From Escherichia phage KK4, in the sequence record OR327750.1: DNA of 64,000 nucleotides, one strand, 5' to 3'. Shown one piece after another: positions 41,438 to 52,918 of the stretch; the first letter of the stretch is position 1; each line of letters opens with the position of its first letter. The notes under the pieces were generated by a model. That model saw only the letters and a list, made by a program, of their open reading frames with translations. It was not told the origin of the DNA and did not search any database. The translations under genes and the position numbers were made by a program.

Positions 41438-44400
41438 ATGGCCGAGATTAAAAGAAAGTTCAGAGCAGAAGATGGTCTGGACGCAGGTGGCGATAAAATA
41501 ATCAACGTAGCTTTAGCTGATCGTACCGTAGGAACTGACGGTGTTAACGTTGATTACTTAATTCAAGAAAACACAGTTCAGCAATATGATCCAACTCGTG
41601 GATATTTAAAAGATTTTGTAATCATTTATAATAATCGTTTTTGGGCAGCAACGGATAATATTCCAAAACCTGCTGGAAATTTTAATAGAATTCGTTGGAA
41701 AGCATTACGTACTGATGCTGTATATACAACCGTATCATCTGGACCATATCAATTAAAATCCGGAGAAGCAATTTCAGTAGATACATCAGTTGGCAATGAC
41801 ATTGAATTTACTTTACCACCTTCTCCGCTTGATGGAGAAACCGTAATAATTCAAGATATCGGTGGAAAACCTGGCATAAATCAGGTTAAAATAAATTCTT
41901 CAAATCAGAGTATTGTCAATTTTAGAGGTGAACAGGTACGTTCAGTTTTAATGACTCATCCAAAGTCACAGATGGTATTCATTTTTAATAACCGTTTGTG
42001 GCAAATGTATATTGCTGATTATAGCAGAGAAGCTGCAATTGTTACTCCATCGACTGCATATCAAGCACAATCTAATGATTTTATCGTACGTAGATTTACT
42101 TCTGCCGCACCGATTAATGTTAAACTTCCAAGATTTGCCAATCATGGAGATATCATTAATTTCGTTGATTTAGATAAATTAAATCCACTTTATCATACAA
42201 TTGTTACGACATATGATGAAACGACGTCAGTGCAAGAAGTTGGAACTCATTCCATTGAAGGCCGTACATCGATTGACGGTTTCTTGATGTTTGACGATAA
42301 TGAGAAATTGTGGAGATTGTTTGACGGGGATAGTAAAGCACGTTTACGCATTATAACAACTAATTCTAATATTCGTCCAAATGAAGAAGTCATGGTATTT
42401 GGCGCGAATAATGGAACAACCCAAACAATTGAACTTCAGCTTCCGACTGATATTTCTGTTGGTGATACTGTCAAAATTTCCATGAATTACATGAGAAAAG
42501 GACAAACAGTTAAAATCAAAGCTGCAGGTGAAGATAAAATTGCTTCTTCAGTTCAATTGCTGCAATTCCCAAAACGCTCAGAATATCCGCCTGAAGCTGA
42601 ATGGGTAACAGTTCAAGAATTAGTTTTTAACGGTGAAACTAATTATGTTCCAGTTTTACAACTTGCTTATATAGAAGATTCTGATGGAAAATACTGGGTT
42701 GTACAGCAAAACGTTCCAACTGTAGAAAGAGTAGACTCTTTAAATGCTTCTACTAGAGCAAGATTAGGCGTAATTGCTTTAGCTACACAAGCTCAAGCAA
42801 ATGCTGATTTAGAAAATTCTCCACAAAAAGAATTGGCAATTACTCCAGAAACGTTAGCTAATCGTACTGCTACAGAAACTCGCAGAGGTATTGCAAGAAT
42901 AGCAACTACTGCTCAAGTGAATCAGAACACCACATTCTCTTTTGCAGATGACCTTATCATCACTCCTAAAAAGCTGAATGAAAGAACTGCTACAGAAACT
43001 CGTAGAGGTGTCGCTGAAATTGCTACGCAGCAGGAAACTAATACAGGTACTGATGATACTACAATCATTACTCCTAAAAAGCTTCAAGCTCGCCAAGGTT
43101 CTGAATCATTATCTGGTATTGTAACTTTTGTATCTACTGCAGGAGCTACTCCAGCTTCTAGCCGTGAATTAAATGGTACGAATGTTTATAATAAAAACAC
43201 TAATAATTTAGTTGTTTCACCTAAAGCTTTGGATCAGTATAAAGCTACTCCAACGCAACAAGGCGCAGTAATTTTAGCAGTTGAAAGTGAAGTAATTGCT
43301 GGACAAAGCCAAGAAGGATGGGCAAATGCGGTTGTAACGCCAGAAACGTTACATAAAAAGACATCAACTGATGCAAGAATTGGTTTAATTGAAATTGCTA
43401 CACAAAGTGAAGTTAATACAGGAACTGATTATACTCGTGCAGTCACTCCTAAAACTTTAAATGACCGTAGAGCAACTGAAAGTTTAAGTGGTATAGCTGA
43501 AATTGCTACACAGGTTGAATTCGACGCAGGCGTCGACGATACTCGTATCTCTACACCATTAAAAATTAAAACCAGATTTAATAGTACTGATCGTACTTCT
43601 GTTGTTGCTCTATCTGGATTAGTTGAATCAGGAACTCTCTGGGACCATTATACCCTTAATATTCTTGAAGCAAACGAGACACAACGTGGTACACTTCGTG
43701 TAGCTACACAGGTCGAAGCTGCCGCAGGAACATTAGATAATGTTTTAATAACTCCTAAAAAGCTTTTAGGTACTAAATCTACTGAAGCACAGGAAGGTGT
43801 TATTAAAGTTGCAACTCAGTCTGAAACTGTGACTGGAACATCAGCAAATACTGCTGTATCTCCAAAAAATTTAAAGTGGATTGTGCAGAGTGAACCAACT
43901 TGGGCAGCAACTACTCTGATAAGAGGGTTTGTTAAAACTTCATCTGGTTCAATTACATTCGTTGGTAATGATACGGTAGGTTCAACACAACCATTAGAAT
44001 CATATGAGAAAAATGGTTATGCAGTATCACCATATGAATTAAATCGCGTATTAGCAAATTATTTGCCATTAAAAGCAAAAGCTGTAGATAGTAATTTATT
44101 AGATGGTCTAGATTCGCTCCAGTTCATTCGTAGGGACATTGCACAAACAGTTAATGGTTCACTAACCTTAACCCAACAAACGAATCTGAGTGCCCCTCTT
44201 GTATCATCTAGTACTGCTACATTCGGTGGATCAGTTTCAGCAAATAGTACATTAACTATTTCTAATACTGGAACGGCAACTCGTCTGATTTTTGAGAAAG
44301 GACCTCAAACTGGAACAAACCCGGCTCAAACGATGACTGTCAGAGTGTGGGGAAATCAATTTAGTGGGGAATCAGACACAACACGTTCTACCGTATTTGA

Positions 44401-45307
44401 AGTTAGTGATGAAACGTCTAGTCATTTTTATTCTCAGCGTAATAAAGCTGGAAATATAACATTTAATATCAACGGTACAGTAACACCGATAAATGTTAAT
44501 GCTTCAGGAACATTGAATGCAAATGGTGTAGCAACATTTGGTAATTCAGTCACTGCAACTGGTGAAATTATTTCTCGAAGCGCAAATGCTTTCCGTGCTA
44601 TTAACGGAAATTATGGTTTCATTGTTCGCAATGATGGATCAGTAACGAATTTTATGCTTACTGCATCGGGTGATCAAACCGGCGGATTTAATGGATTGCG
44701 TCCTTTAGCTATTAATAATGCATCTGGCCAAGTAACGATTGGTGAAAGCTTAATCATTGCAAAAGGTGCTACTATAAGTTCAGGCGGTTTAACTGTTAAC
44801 TCGAGAATTCGTTCTCAAGGTGTTAAAACATCTGATTTATATACTCGTGCGCCAACATCTGATACAGTAGGATTCTGGTCAATTGATATTAACGATTCAG
44901 CCACTTATAATCAATTCCCTGGTTATTTTAAAATGGTTGAAAAAACTAATGAAGTGACTGGACTTCCATATTTAGAACGCGGTGAAGAAGTTAAATCTCC
45001 TGGTACATTGACTCAGTTTGGTAACACACTTGATTCGCTTTATCAAGATTGGATTACTTATCCAACGACCCCAGAAGCACGTACCACTCGCTGGACGCGT
45101 ACATGGCAGAAAACTAAAAATTCTTGGTCAAGTTTTGTTCAGGTATTCGATGGAGGTAACCCTCCTCAACCTTCTGATATAGGAGCAATCCCATCTGATA
45201 ATGGAATAATAGGTAATCTTACTATTCGTGATTTCTTACGAATTGGTAATGTTCGCATTATTCCTGACCCAGTGAATAAAACTGTTAAATTTGAATGGGT
45301 TGAATAA
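41438..45307 (+). CDS. 34: gp34, long tail fibre proximal subunit
   Basis: 1289-aa ORF, same length as T4 gp34; repetitive beta-rich fibre sequence. Confidence 0.95.
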   Translation: MAEIKRKFRAEDGLDAGGDKIINVALADRTVGTDGVNVDYLIQENTVQQYDPTRGYLKDFVIIYNNRFWAATDNIPKPAGNFNRIRWKALRTDAVYTTVSSGPYQLKSGEAISVDTSVGNDIEFTLPPSPLDGETVIIQDIGGKPGINQVKINSSNQSIVNFRGEQVRSVLMTHPKSQMVFIFNNRLWQMYIADYSREAAIVTPSTAYQAQSNDFIVRRFTSAAPINVKLPRFANHGDIINFVDLDKLNPLYHTIVTTYDETTSVQEVGTHSIEGRTSIDGFLMFDDNEKLWRLFDGDSKARLRIITTNSNIRPNEEVMVFGANNGTTQTIELQLPTDISVGDTVKISMNYMRKGQTVKIKAAGEDKIASSVQLLQFPKRSEYPPEAEWVTVQELVFNGETNYVPVLQLAYIEDSDGKYWVVQQNVPTVERVDSLNASTRARLGVIALATQAQANADLENSPQKELAITPETLANRTATETRRGIARIATTAQVNQNTTFSFADDLIITPKKLNERTATETRRGVAEIATQQETNTGTDDTTIITPKKLQARQGSESLSGIVTFVSTAGATPASSRELNGTNVYNKNTNNLVVSPKALDQYKATPTQQGAVILAVESEVIAGQSQEGWANAVVTPETLHKKTSTDARIGLIEIATQSEVNTGTDYTRAVTPKTLNDRRATESLSGIAEIATQVEFDAGVDDTRISTPLKIKTRFNSTDRTSVVALSGLVESGTLWDHYTLNILEANETQRGTLRVATQVEAAAGTLDNVLITPKKLLGTKSTEAQEGVIKVATQSETVTGTSANTAVSPKNLKWIVQSEPTWAATTLIRGFVKTSSGSITFVGNDTVGSTQPLESYEKNGYAVSPYELNRVLANYLPLKAKAVDSNLLDGLDSLQFIRRDIAQTVNGSLTLTQQTNLSAPLVSSSTATFGGSVSANSTLTISNTGTATRLIFEKGPQTGTNPAQTMTVRVWGNQFSGESDTTRSTVFEVSDETSSHFYSQRNKAGNITFNINGTVTPINVNASGTLNANGVATFGNSVTATGEIISRSANAFRAINGNYGFIVRNDGSVTNFMLTASGDQTGGFNGLRPLAINNASGQVTIGESLIIAKGATISSGGLTVNSRIRSQGVKTSDLYTRAPTSDTVGFWSIDINDSATYNQFPGYFKMVEKTNEVTGLPYLERGEEVKSPGTLTQFGNTLDSLYQDWITYPTTPEARTTRWTRTWQKTKNSWSSFVQVFDGGNPPQPSDIGAIPSDNGIIGNLTIRDFLRIGNVRIIPDPVNKTVKFEWVE

Positions 45308-45315
45308 GAGGTATT

Positions 45316-46431
45316 ATGGAAAAATTTATGGCAGAGTTTGGACAAGGATATGTCCAAACGCCATTTTTATCGGAAAGCAATTCAGTAAGATATAAAATAA
45401 GCATAGCGGGTTCTTGCCCGCTTTCTACTGCGGGGCCATATGTTAAATTTCAGGATAATCCCGTTGGAAATCAAACATTTAGTGCAGGTCTTCATTTAAG
45501 AGTTTTTGACCCTTCTACGGGAGCATTAGTTGATAGTAAGTCATATGCTTTTTCTGCTTCAAACAATACAACATCTGCCGCTTTTGTCAGTTTCATGAAT
45601 TCTTTGTCAAACAATAAACTTGTTGCTATATTAACTAGCGGAAAGGTTAATTTTCCTCCTGAAGTGGTATCTTGGTTAAGGGGAGCAGGAACTTCAGTTT
45701 TTCCATCAGATTCAGTATTGTCAAGATTTGACGTGTCATATGCTGCTTTTTACACTTCTTCTAAAAGAGCTATCGCATTAGAGCATGTTAAACTAAGTAA
45801 TAGAAAAAGCACAGATGACTATCAAACTATGTTAGATGTTGTATTTGATAGTTTAGAAGACGTTGGAGCGACAGGATTTCCAAAAAGAACTTATGAAAGC
45901 GTTGAACAATTTATGTCTGCGGTTGGAGGAACTAATAATGAAATTGCGCGATTGCCAACTTCAGCTGCTATAAGTAAACTTTCTGACTACAATTTAATTC
46001 CTGGTGATGTTCTTTATCTTAAAGCACAGTTATATGCTGATGCTGATTTACTTGATCTTGGAACTTCAAATATATCTATTCGTTTTTATGATGCATCAAA
46101 TGGATATATTTCCTCGACCCAAGCTGAGTTTACTGGGCAAGCTGGGTCTTGGGAATTAAAAGAAGATTATGTAGTTGTTCCTGAAAATGCAGTAGGATTT
46201 ACGATATATGCACAGAGAACTGCACAAGCTGGTCAAGGCGGAATGAGGAATTTAAGCTTTTCTGAAGTATCAAGAAATGGCGGCATTTCAAAACCTGCCG
46301 AATTTGGCGTCAACGGTATTCGCGTTAATTATGTCTGTGAATCGGCTTCACCTCCAGATATAATGGTACTTCCTACACAGGCATCGTCTAAAACTGGTAA
46401 AGTGTTTGGACAGGAATTTAGAGAAGTTTAA
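45316..46431 (+). CDS. 35: gp35, long tail fibre hinge protein
   Basis: 371-aa ORF in T4 order. Confidence 0.9.
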   Translation: MEKFMAEFGQGYVQTPFLSESNSVRYKISIAGSCPLSTAGPYVKFQDNPVGNQTFSAGLHLRVFDPSTGALVDSKSYAFSASNNTTSAAFVSFMNSLSNNKLVAILTSGKVNFPPEVVSWLRGAGTSVFPSDSVLSRFDVSYAAFYTSSKRAIALEHVKLSNRKSTDDYQTMLDVVFDSLEDVGATGFPKRTYESVEQFMSAVGGTNNEIARLPTSAAISKLSDYNLIPGDVLYLKAQLYADADLLDLGTSNISIRFYDASNGYISSTQAEFTGQAGSWELKEDYVVVPENAVGFTIYAQRTAQAGQGGMRNLSFSEVSRNGGISKPAEFGVNGIRVNYVCESASPPDIMVLPTQASSKTGKVFGQEFREV

Positions 46432-46436
46432 ACTGA

Positions 46437-46460
46437 GGGAGCCTTCGGGTTCCTTTTTTC
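46437..46460 (+). terminator. Intrinsic terminator after gene 35 (GGGAGCC-UUCG-GGUUCC hairpin plus U7)
   Basis: Stem with one G-U wobble, UUCG loop, followed by TTTTTTC. Confidence 0.65.
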
Positions 46461-46462
46461 TT

Positions 46463-46470
46463 TATAAATA
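46463..46470 (+). promoter_or_regulatory. T4 late promoter (TATAAATA) for genes 36-37-38
   Basis: Exact TATAAATA 24 nt upstream of the gene 36 ATG. Confidence 0.65.
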
Positions 46471-46493
46471 ATATTAAAATAAAGGGGCATACA

Positions 46494-47144
46494 ATGGCTG
46501 ATTTAAAAGTAGGTTCAACTGTAGGTGGATCTGTCATTTGGCATCAAGGAAATTTTCCGTTGAATTCAGCCGGTGACGATGTACTCTACAAATCATTTAA
46601 AATATATTCAGAATATAATAAACCACAGGCAGCTGATAATGATTTCGTTTCTAAATCTACTGGTGGTACTTACACAGGCCCAGTTACTATTAATTATGGT
46701 GTAAATAGTTATCTTCAATTAAGTAATAATGAAACCCCCATCCGAATTCGTTCTGGTGGCGGCACTGGTAATACTCTTGTAGTTGGTGGCTCTTCTGGCG
46801 GTATTAGTTTTAGACCAGCAGGTAGTGAAATCACTACTGGACAAATTACTATTACGCCAGAAGGTTTGACAACATTTACCAAAGCTGTAACGGCTCCATC
46901 TGTAACTGTTACATCTACTCCTTCCGCAGCATCAGATGCTACTCGTAAAGATTATGTTGATGGAGCAATAAATACTGTTACTGCAAATGCAAACTCTAGG
47001 GTATTACGCTCTGGAGACACTATGACAGGAAATTTAACTGCGCCAAACCTTTTTTCGCAGAATCCTGCATCTCAACCTTCACACGTTCCACGATTTGACC
47101 AAATCGTAATTAAGGATTCTGTTCAAGATTTCGGCTATTATTAA
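46494..47144 (+). CDS. 36: gp36, long tail fibre distal connector
   Basis: 216-aa ORF in T4 order. Confidence 0.9.
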   Translation: MADLKVGSTVGGSVIWHQGNFPLNSAGDDVLYKSFKIYSEYNKPQAADNDFVSKSTGGTYTGPVTINYGVNSYLQLSNNETPIRIRSGGGTGNTLVVGGSSGGISFRPAGSEITTGQITITPEGLTTFTKAVTAPSVTVTSTPSAASDATRKDYVDGAINTVTANANSRVLRSGDTMTGNLTAPNLFSQNPASQPSHVPRFDQIVIKDSVQDFGYY

Positions 47145-47152
47145 GAGGACTT

Positions 47153-50119
47153 ATGGCTACTTTAAAACAAATACAATTTAAAAGAAGCAAAACTGCAGGT
47201 CAACTTCCTGCTGCTTCAGTATTAGCCGAAGGTGAATTGGCTATTAATTTAAAAGATAAAACAATTTTCACAAAAGATGACTCAGGCAATGTTATAGAAT
47301 TAGGTTTAAAATATGGAGGAACAATTGATGGTTCTTTAACTGTTAATGGAAATATAATTGGAAATTTAACAGGTAACGCTGCAACTGCAACGAAATTAAA
47401 AACAGCACGAAAAATTAATGGTATATCCTTTGATGGGTCAAAGGATATCACGCTAACTCCATCTGACATAAATGTCAATAGCACAACATTTATAAAAAAT
47501 AATGGCGAATTACCTGTTGATGCTAATTTAGATGAGTATGGGCCTGTTGAAGAATATCTTGGAGTTTGGTCGAAAGCAACTTCAACCAACGCTCAACCAG
47601 CAAATAAATTTCCAGAACAAAATGCTGTAGGTGTGCTAGAAGTATTTGTGGCCGGTCAATTTGCTGGTACTCAGAGATATACAACTAGATACGGAAATGT
47701 TTATATTCGTTCCTTGACTGCTACATGGAACGGAGTAAACGGTCCGTGGAGTGCGTGGCGAAATATTCAATCTGGTACTCGTTCACTGTCAACAACAATT
47801 GATCTTAATGATCTAGGAGGCGCTGAACACCTTGGTTTGTGGCGAAATAGTTCAAATTCCATTGCTACCTTTGACAGAAATTTCCCAGAAGAGGGGTCGT
47901 CAGCTCAAGGTCTTTTGGAAGTATATGAAGGTGGAAACTATTCTCGCACACAGAGATATACAACCAGATTTGGTGTTGTTTATACTCGTTGTCTTACTGC
48001 TGCGTGGGATGCTTCTGCGCCTAAATGGGGACCGTGGCAACAAGTCGGTAATGTCACACCAGCGACTTTCTATGACGGAGATCTGAATGATTTTAAAACT
48101 CCTGGGTTATATAATATTTTAGGCACTGATGCCGTTATTAACTGTCCTACAGGTGAAGGTTTGCCGACTGTTATTGTTGGTTTGCTGGAAGTTAAACAGC
48201 GTGCTTCTGGCGGTGCTATTTTCCAAAAATTTACTACTGCCGGAACAGGTGCAACTACACGCGATCGTATTTTTGAGCGTGCATATACTGGTGGTGTGTG
48301 GGGTACATGGAACGAAGTATATACATCTTACTCTCTTCCAATTACTTTGGGTATGGGTGGTATTAAATCTAACTTAGCAGAGTTAGACTGGCAAGCATTT
48401 GATTTTGTTCCTGGTAGTATGTTTAGCGTTCCTTTGAACAAAATAAAGAACATGCCATCAAATATGGATTGGGGTACGATTGACGGAAACCTGGTTATGT
48501 TTTCTGTTGGTCCTAGCGAGCACACCAGCACAGGACGTACTGTTCAGGTTTGGCGTGGAACTGTATCCCAGACAAACTATCGTTATTTTGTCGTTCGTGT
48601 ATTCGGTAATCCAGGGAGTAGAACATGTACAGTTCGACGCGTTGTTCTTGAAGACGGATCACATACTTGGACTGCTAAACAAGATTTTAATGGCGCAGTT
48701 AACTTTAACTCTACTGTTAACCTTAATAACACTACCACATTTAAAACAGAAGTTAAATTCCGCTCGTTGAATGCATTCCGTATGTATGGCGGAAAATTTG
48801 GTACATTTTTACGTAATGATGGAGAGAGTCTTTATATTCTTTCCACCGACGAAGATGATCAAAATGGAAACTTTAATACAAATAGACCTTTCCGTTATGA
48901 ATTAAGAACTGGTGATGTTACTTTGGGTGGTGTTAGTGGTGCTAACGTTTTAAAATTAAAACGTGATTCTCTCACCGCATTTTTTGGCGGTGATATTAAC
49001 ATTAAAGGCACGATGACTTTTGACGCCGGACGTTTAGGATCACGAGATTATTTTAAATTTAACCATTGGGGTGATAGCAATAACGCTCGTGATAACATCA
49101 TCCAGTTAGAAGATAGTCAAGGCGCCCATTTTTCCACTGAACGTACTTTAGCGACAGGTGCAATTAAGACTAAATTTTTTGGTGAAATTGAATCCGATGG
49201 TAAATTGGTTATTAAACGTCCGGGTGATTCTATTGTATTATCAACAACTGCTAGTAATTCTTTGCATATTCGCGGTGATATAGACGGGACTGGTAACTGG
49301 TATATTGGTAAAGGTGGTGCTGATAATGGATTAGCGTTCTATAGTTATGCTACTAATGCTGGTGTATACATTACAAACGCAGGAGATATCTCGCTAAGTC
49401 CAAAGGGTGCCGAAATGGCTCAGGTCAATAACGTTCGATTATATGTTCATGGTGAACGTTGGACCGCTAGTCAACCAGGTGATTGGGGCAGTCAGTGGCA
49501 AGTGGAAGCGCCAATATTCGTCGATCATGGTTATGTTTCACAGGATTGTTATTATCCAATTATTAAAGGAAGAAGTGTAATCACCAATCAAGGGTTTGTA
49601 ACTGCCGTCGATCTTGGTATTCGTCGTGTCCCTAACAATTGGGGGCAAGCAATTATTCGTGTTGGATCTGCAGAGGCATCGCCAGCGGCTGGACACCCTA
49701 ACGCGGTATTTGAATTTCATTACGACGGTACTTTCTATTCTCCTGGTAATGGTAACTTTAACGATGTGTATATTCGTTCCGATGGTCGTCTTAAGATTAA
49801 TAAAAAAGAGCTAGAAAACGGAGCACTTGAAAAAGTATGCCGACTGAAAGTTTATACATACGATAAGGTTAAGTCTATTAAAGATCGTAGTGTTATTAAA
49901 CGTGAAGTTGGTATTATTGCTCAGGATCTTGAAAAAGAATTACCGGAAGCTGTGTCTAAAGTTGAAGTTGATGGATCTGATGTTCTGACAATTTCTAACT
50001 CCGCTGTGAATGCTCTTTTAATTAAGGCTATCCAAGAAATGAGCGAAGAAATTAAAGAATTAAAAACGCCTTTCTTCACTAAAATTGCTCGCAAAATTAG
50101 TAAATATTTTAAATTCTAA
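47153..50119 (+). CDS. 37: gp37, long tail fibre distal subunit with a C-terminal intramolecular chaperone (self-cleaving) domain
   Basis: 988-aa ORF; conserved N-terminus; C-terminal motif [18 protein letters not shown] with Ser codon at 49778-49780. Confidence 0.9.
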   Translation: MATLKQIQFKRSKTAGQLPAASVLAEGELAINLKDKTIFTKDDSGNVIELGLKYGGTIDGSLTVNGNIIGNLTGNAATATKLKTARKINGISFDGSKDITLTPSDINVNSTTFIKNNGELPVDANLDEYGPVEEYLGVWSKATSTNAQPANKFPEQNAVGVLEVFVAGQFAGTQRYTTRYGNVYIRSLTATWNGVNGPWSAWRNIQSGTRSLSTTIDLNDLGGAEHLGLWRNSSNSIATFDRNFPEEGSSAQGLLEVYEGGNYSRTQRYTTRFGVVYTRCLTAAWDASAPKWGPWQQVGNVTPATFYDGDLNDFKTPGLYNILGTDAVINCPTGEGLPTVIVGLLEVKQRASGGAIFQKFTTAGTGATTRDRIFERAYTGGVWGTWNEVYTSYSLPITLGMGGIKSNLAELDWQAFDFVPGSMFSVPLNKIKNMPSNMDWGTIDGNLVMFSVGPSEHTSTGRTVQVWRGTVSQTNYRYFVVRVFGNPGSRTCTVRRVVLEDGSHTWTAKQDFNGAVNFNSTVNLNNTTTFKTEVKFRSLNAFRMYGGKFGTFLRNDGESLYILSTDEDDQNGNFNTNRPFRYELRTGDVTLGGVSGANVLKLKRDSLTAFFGGDINIKGTMTFDAGRLGSRDYFKFNHWGDSNNARDNIIQLEDSQGAHFSTERTLATGAIKTKFFGEIESDGKLVIKRPGDSIVLSTTASNSLHIRGDIDGTGNWYIGKGGADNGLAFYSYATNAGVYITNAGDISLSPKGAEMAQVNNVRLYVHGERWTASQPGDWGSQWQVEAPIFVDHGYVSQDCYYPIIKGRSVITNQGFVTAVDLGIRRVPNNWGQAIIRVGSAEASPAAGHPNAVFEFHYDGTFYSPGNGNFNDVYIRSDGRLKINKKELENGALEKVCRLKVYTYDKVKSIKDRSVIKREVGIIAQDLEKELPEAVSKVEVDGSDVLTISNSAVNALLIKAIQEMSEEIKELKTPFFTKIARKISKYFKF

Positions 50120-50153
50120 CAACAAGGGGCAACGCCCCCTTTGGAGATAAATT

Positions 50154-50936
50154 ATGGCAGTAGTTGGTGTTCCTGGTTGGATTGGTAGTTCATCCGTAAA
50201 TGAAACAGGACAACGATGGATGAGTCAAGCGGCTGGTCAATTAAGATTGGGTGTTCCTTGCTGGATGAGTCAATTTGCAGGTCGCTCACGAGAAATTATT
50301 CATACACTTGGAGCAGACCATAACTTCAATGGTCAATGGTTCCGAGATAGATGTTTTGAGGCCGGTAGTGCACCTATAGTGTTTAATATTACAGGTGATT
50401 TAGTATCATATTCTAAAGATGTTCCTTTATTCTTCATGTACGGGGATACACCAAATGAATATGTTCAGTTAAATATACATGGCGTAACGATGTATGGACG
50501 TGGCGGTAATGGTGGTAGCAATAGTCCTGGCTCAGCTGGAGGTCATTGTATTCAAAACGATATTGGTGGGAGACTAAGAATTAATAATGGTGGAGCTATT
50601 GCTGGCGGCGGTGGCGGCGGTGGCGGCGGATATTATTCTCCTTTTTCACAAATGAGATTAACCTTTGGCGGTGGTGGTGGGCGTCCGTTTGGTGCACCTG
50701 GCGGATCTATTGATATGCAATCAGGCGCAACTGCTGGTACTATTTCTGCACCTGGCTCAGGATCCGTGAATGGTATCTATAATGGTGGAAACGGTGGTGA
50801 AGTAGGTTCCGCGGGAGGTAGATGCAATATTCGCGGTCAAGGATCTGAATATAATGGCGGCGCTGCTGGTTATGCTGTCATAGGGTCTGCTCCAACGTGG
50901 CAAAATGTTGGAGCAATATATGGTCCAAGAGTATAA
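50154..50936 (+). CDS. 38: gp38, T2-type receptor-recognising tail fibre adhesin with glycine-rich motifs
   Basis: 260-aa ORF with poly-Gly islands ([23 protein letters not shown]) separated by variable segments; unlike the 183-aa T4 gp38. Confidence 0.85.
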   Translation: MAVVGVPGWIGSSSVNETGQRWMSQAAGQLRLGVPCWMSQFAGRSREIIHTLGADHNFNGQWFRDRCFEAGSAPIVFNITGDLVSYSKDVPLFFMYGDTPNEYVQLNIHGVTMYGRGGNGGSNSPGSAGGHCIQNDIGGRLRINNGGAIAGGGGGGGGGYYSPFSQMRLTFGGGGGRPFGAPGGSIDMQSGATAGTISAPGSGSVNGIYNGGNGGEVGSAGGRCNIRGQGSEYNGGAAGYAVIGSAPTWQNVGAIYGPRV

Positions 50937-50966
50937 TGTGAATAAATACCCTTAAAAGGAGGGTCT

Positions 50967-51623
50967 ATGGCAGCACCTAGAATATCATTTTCGCCCTCTG
51001 ATATTCTGTTTGGTGTTCTAGATCGCTTGTTCAAAGATAACGCTACCGGGAAGGTTCTTGCTTCCCGAGTAGCTGTCGTAATTCTTTTATTTATGATGGC
51101 GATTGTTTGGTATAGGGGAGATAGTTTCTTTGAGTACTATAAGCAATCAAAGTATGAAACATACAGTGAAATTATTGAAAAGGAAAGAAATGCACGCTTT
51201 GAATCTGTCGCCCTGGAACAACTCCAGATAGTTCATATATCATCTGAGGCAGACTTTAGTGCGGTGTATTCTTTCCGCCCTAAAAACTTAAACTATTTTG
51301 TTGATATTATAGCATATGAAGGAAAATTACCTTCAACAATAAGTGAAAAATCACTTGGAGGATATCCTGTTGATAAAACTATGGATGAATATACAGTTCA
51401 TTTAAATGGACGTCATTATTATTCCGACTCAAAATTTGCTTTTTTACCAACTAAAAAGCCTACTCCCGAAATAAACTACATGTACAGTTGTCCATATTTT
51501 AATTTGGATAATATCTATGCTGGAACGATAACCATGTACTGGTATAGAAATGATCATATAAGTAATGACCGCCTTGAATCAATATGTGCTCAGGCGGCCA
51601 GAATATTAGGAAGGGCTAAATAA
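50967..51623 (+). CDS. t: Holin T
   Basis: 218-aa ORF matching recalled T4 holin, with one N-terminal transmembrane segment. Confidence 0.93.
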   Translation: MAAPRISFSPSDILFGVLDRLFKDNATGKVLASRVAVVILLFMMAIVWYRGDSFFEYYKQSKYETYSEIIEKERNARFESVALEQLQIVHISSEADFSAVYSFRPKNLNYFVDIIAYEGKLPSTISEKSLGGYPVDKTMDEYTVHLNGRHYYSDSKFAFLPTKKPTPEINYMYSCPYFNLDNIYAGTITMYWYRNDHISNDRLESICAQAARILGRAK

Positions 51624-51896
51624 TTATTTGTTCGTATACATTTCTAGATATCGATATACACCCTCAAAACCCTCGTTGAATTCATCGATGAGGGTTTTCT
51701 TATCTTCTTGGGTTAATTCAGAAACAATTTTACGGAATAAATTCTGATTTAATTTTCTACCTTCATGCGTTACTCCAATCTCATTCAGAAATGCAATAAA
51801 ATTAGCACGATTTTCAACAATATCTTCTCTGGAAAATTTAATCAAAATAGATGCAACAGTAATAATTTCACGAACTGTATCAATGTTTTTATTCAT
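51624..51896 (-). CDS. asiA: AsiA, anti-sigma-70 factor
   Basis: 90-aa ORF matching recalled T4 AsiA (MNKNIDTVREIITVASILIKFSREDIVENRANFIAFLNEIGV…). Confidence 0.95.
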   Translation of the reverse strand: MNKNIDTVREIITVASILIKFSREDIVENRANFIAFLNEIGVTHEGRKLNQNLFRKIVSELTQEDKKTLIDEFNEGFEGVYRYLEMYTNK

Positions 51897-51908
51897 TAAC
51901 TATACCAC

Positions 51909-52061
51909 TCAATTAGTTGACTTTGTTATAATATCATCAGACACTTGATTTGTAAACTGGTCTGTGTTATTTTCTTCAAAAATTTTTTCTACGAATTCCT
52001 TGAACGACTCACGTTCCTGAGCTGCATTATGCTCGATTACCATTTCAAGATTATGACTCAT
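51909..52061 (-). CDS. Small hypothetical protein, 50 aa; not in the supplied ORF track
   Basis: ATGA start/stop overlap with arn; hand-translated MSHNLEMVIEHNAAQERESFKEFVEKIFEENNTDQFTNQVSDDIITKSTN. Confidence 0.45.
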   Translation of the reverse strand: MSHNLEMVIEHNAAQERESFKEFVEKIFEENNTDQFTNQVSDDIITKSTN

Positions 52062-52336
52062 TCGAAATAATCTTCAATTTCGTAATCATGGACATAAATC
52101 ATTATAGTTTCTAATACATCATCAATACTTTTTCCTGGAACTGGAATTACGTAAAAATATCCTGCTTTTGAGAGGTCTTTATAAGTTCCAATCAAGAAAT
52201 CGTTATTCTCAAGATGTAGTTCTTCAACTAATTCATTAACAATTGAATGGTATAAATTTGGTAGAAACTTATATAGCTTTTCTAGAATATCAATTTTGAT
52301 TGTATATTGAACCACAGATTGAGAATCAATAATCAT
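52058..52336 (-). CDS. arn: Arn, anti-restriction protein (inhibitor of McrBC)
   Basis: 92-aa acidic ORF in the T4 position after asiA. Confidence 0.85.
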   Translation of the reverse strand: MIIDSQSVVQYTIKIDILEKLYKFLPNLYHSIVNELVEELHLENNDFLIGTYKDLSKAGYFYVIPVPGKSIDDVLETIMIYVHDYEIEDYFE

Positions 52337-52419
52337 AGACCTTCCCCTTATGTTTCTGTTTGCGATTAGATTCTTTAAACGCTTTCTTCTTATCCTTATG
52401 AACAGAAGCTTTATTAAAA

Positions 52420-52638
52420 TTATGTTTTGCGACTAAATTGTTCATAGTGCTGAATTACCTCTCTCAAACATTTGCATGTGAATGAAAACTTTTTAGCTAC
52501 ACCACATTCAAATATATGTTCTCTTAAATCACGTGTGTCAGTATATCCCATCTCAACAATAAAATGTCGTATTAGATTTTTATCTTTATCATTGAGAGAA
52601 TTAAAATAATCGGATTTTGAATTAATTTCCCTGGCCAA
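52420..52638 (-). CDS. Hypothetical protein
   Basis: 72-aa ORF. Confidence 0.5.
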   Translation of the reverse strand: MAREINSKSDYFNSLNDKDKNLIRHFIVEMGYTDTRDLREHIFECGVAKKFSFTCKCLREVIQHYEQFSRKT

Positions 52639-52918
52639 ATTGAATCACCTTCAGTTGACGTTTTAGTTCTTTTATCATTTCTTCATTCATCGCAATATAA
52701 AGATCGCGTAAAGCGGGTTTTAACATTCCATTTACTGGAGAACTAAATGGACATACATAATCTTTTCCTACGAGCTTTTTAGTGAATTCCATATTACAGA
52801 ACTGAAATGCCGGTTCATTAGCATAAATTCCCCAATTGGTTGACATCATTTTATTGGCATATTCCAATGCTTGGATTTGATTAGTAATTCCATCAATTTG
52901 AAACTTTTTAATATTCAT
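52622..52918 (-). CDS. Hypothetical protein
   Basis: 98-aa ORF. Confidence 0.5.
   Translation of the reverse strand: MNIKKFQIDGITNQIQALEYANKMMSTNWGIYANEPAFQFCNMEFTKKLVGKDYVCPFSSPVNGMLKPALRDLYIAMNEEMIKELKRQLKVIQFGQGN

Noticed and set aside
47200-49814. Alternative-frame ORFs inside gene 37 (47200-47589, 47832-48086, 48129-48377, 48328-48531, 48480-48770, 49538-49720, 49614-49814)
   Set aside because: Contained in the tail fibre gene; no independent signals, and the translations lack plausible protein features.
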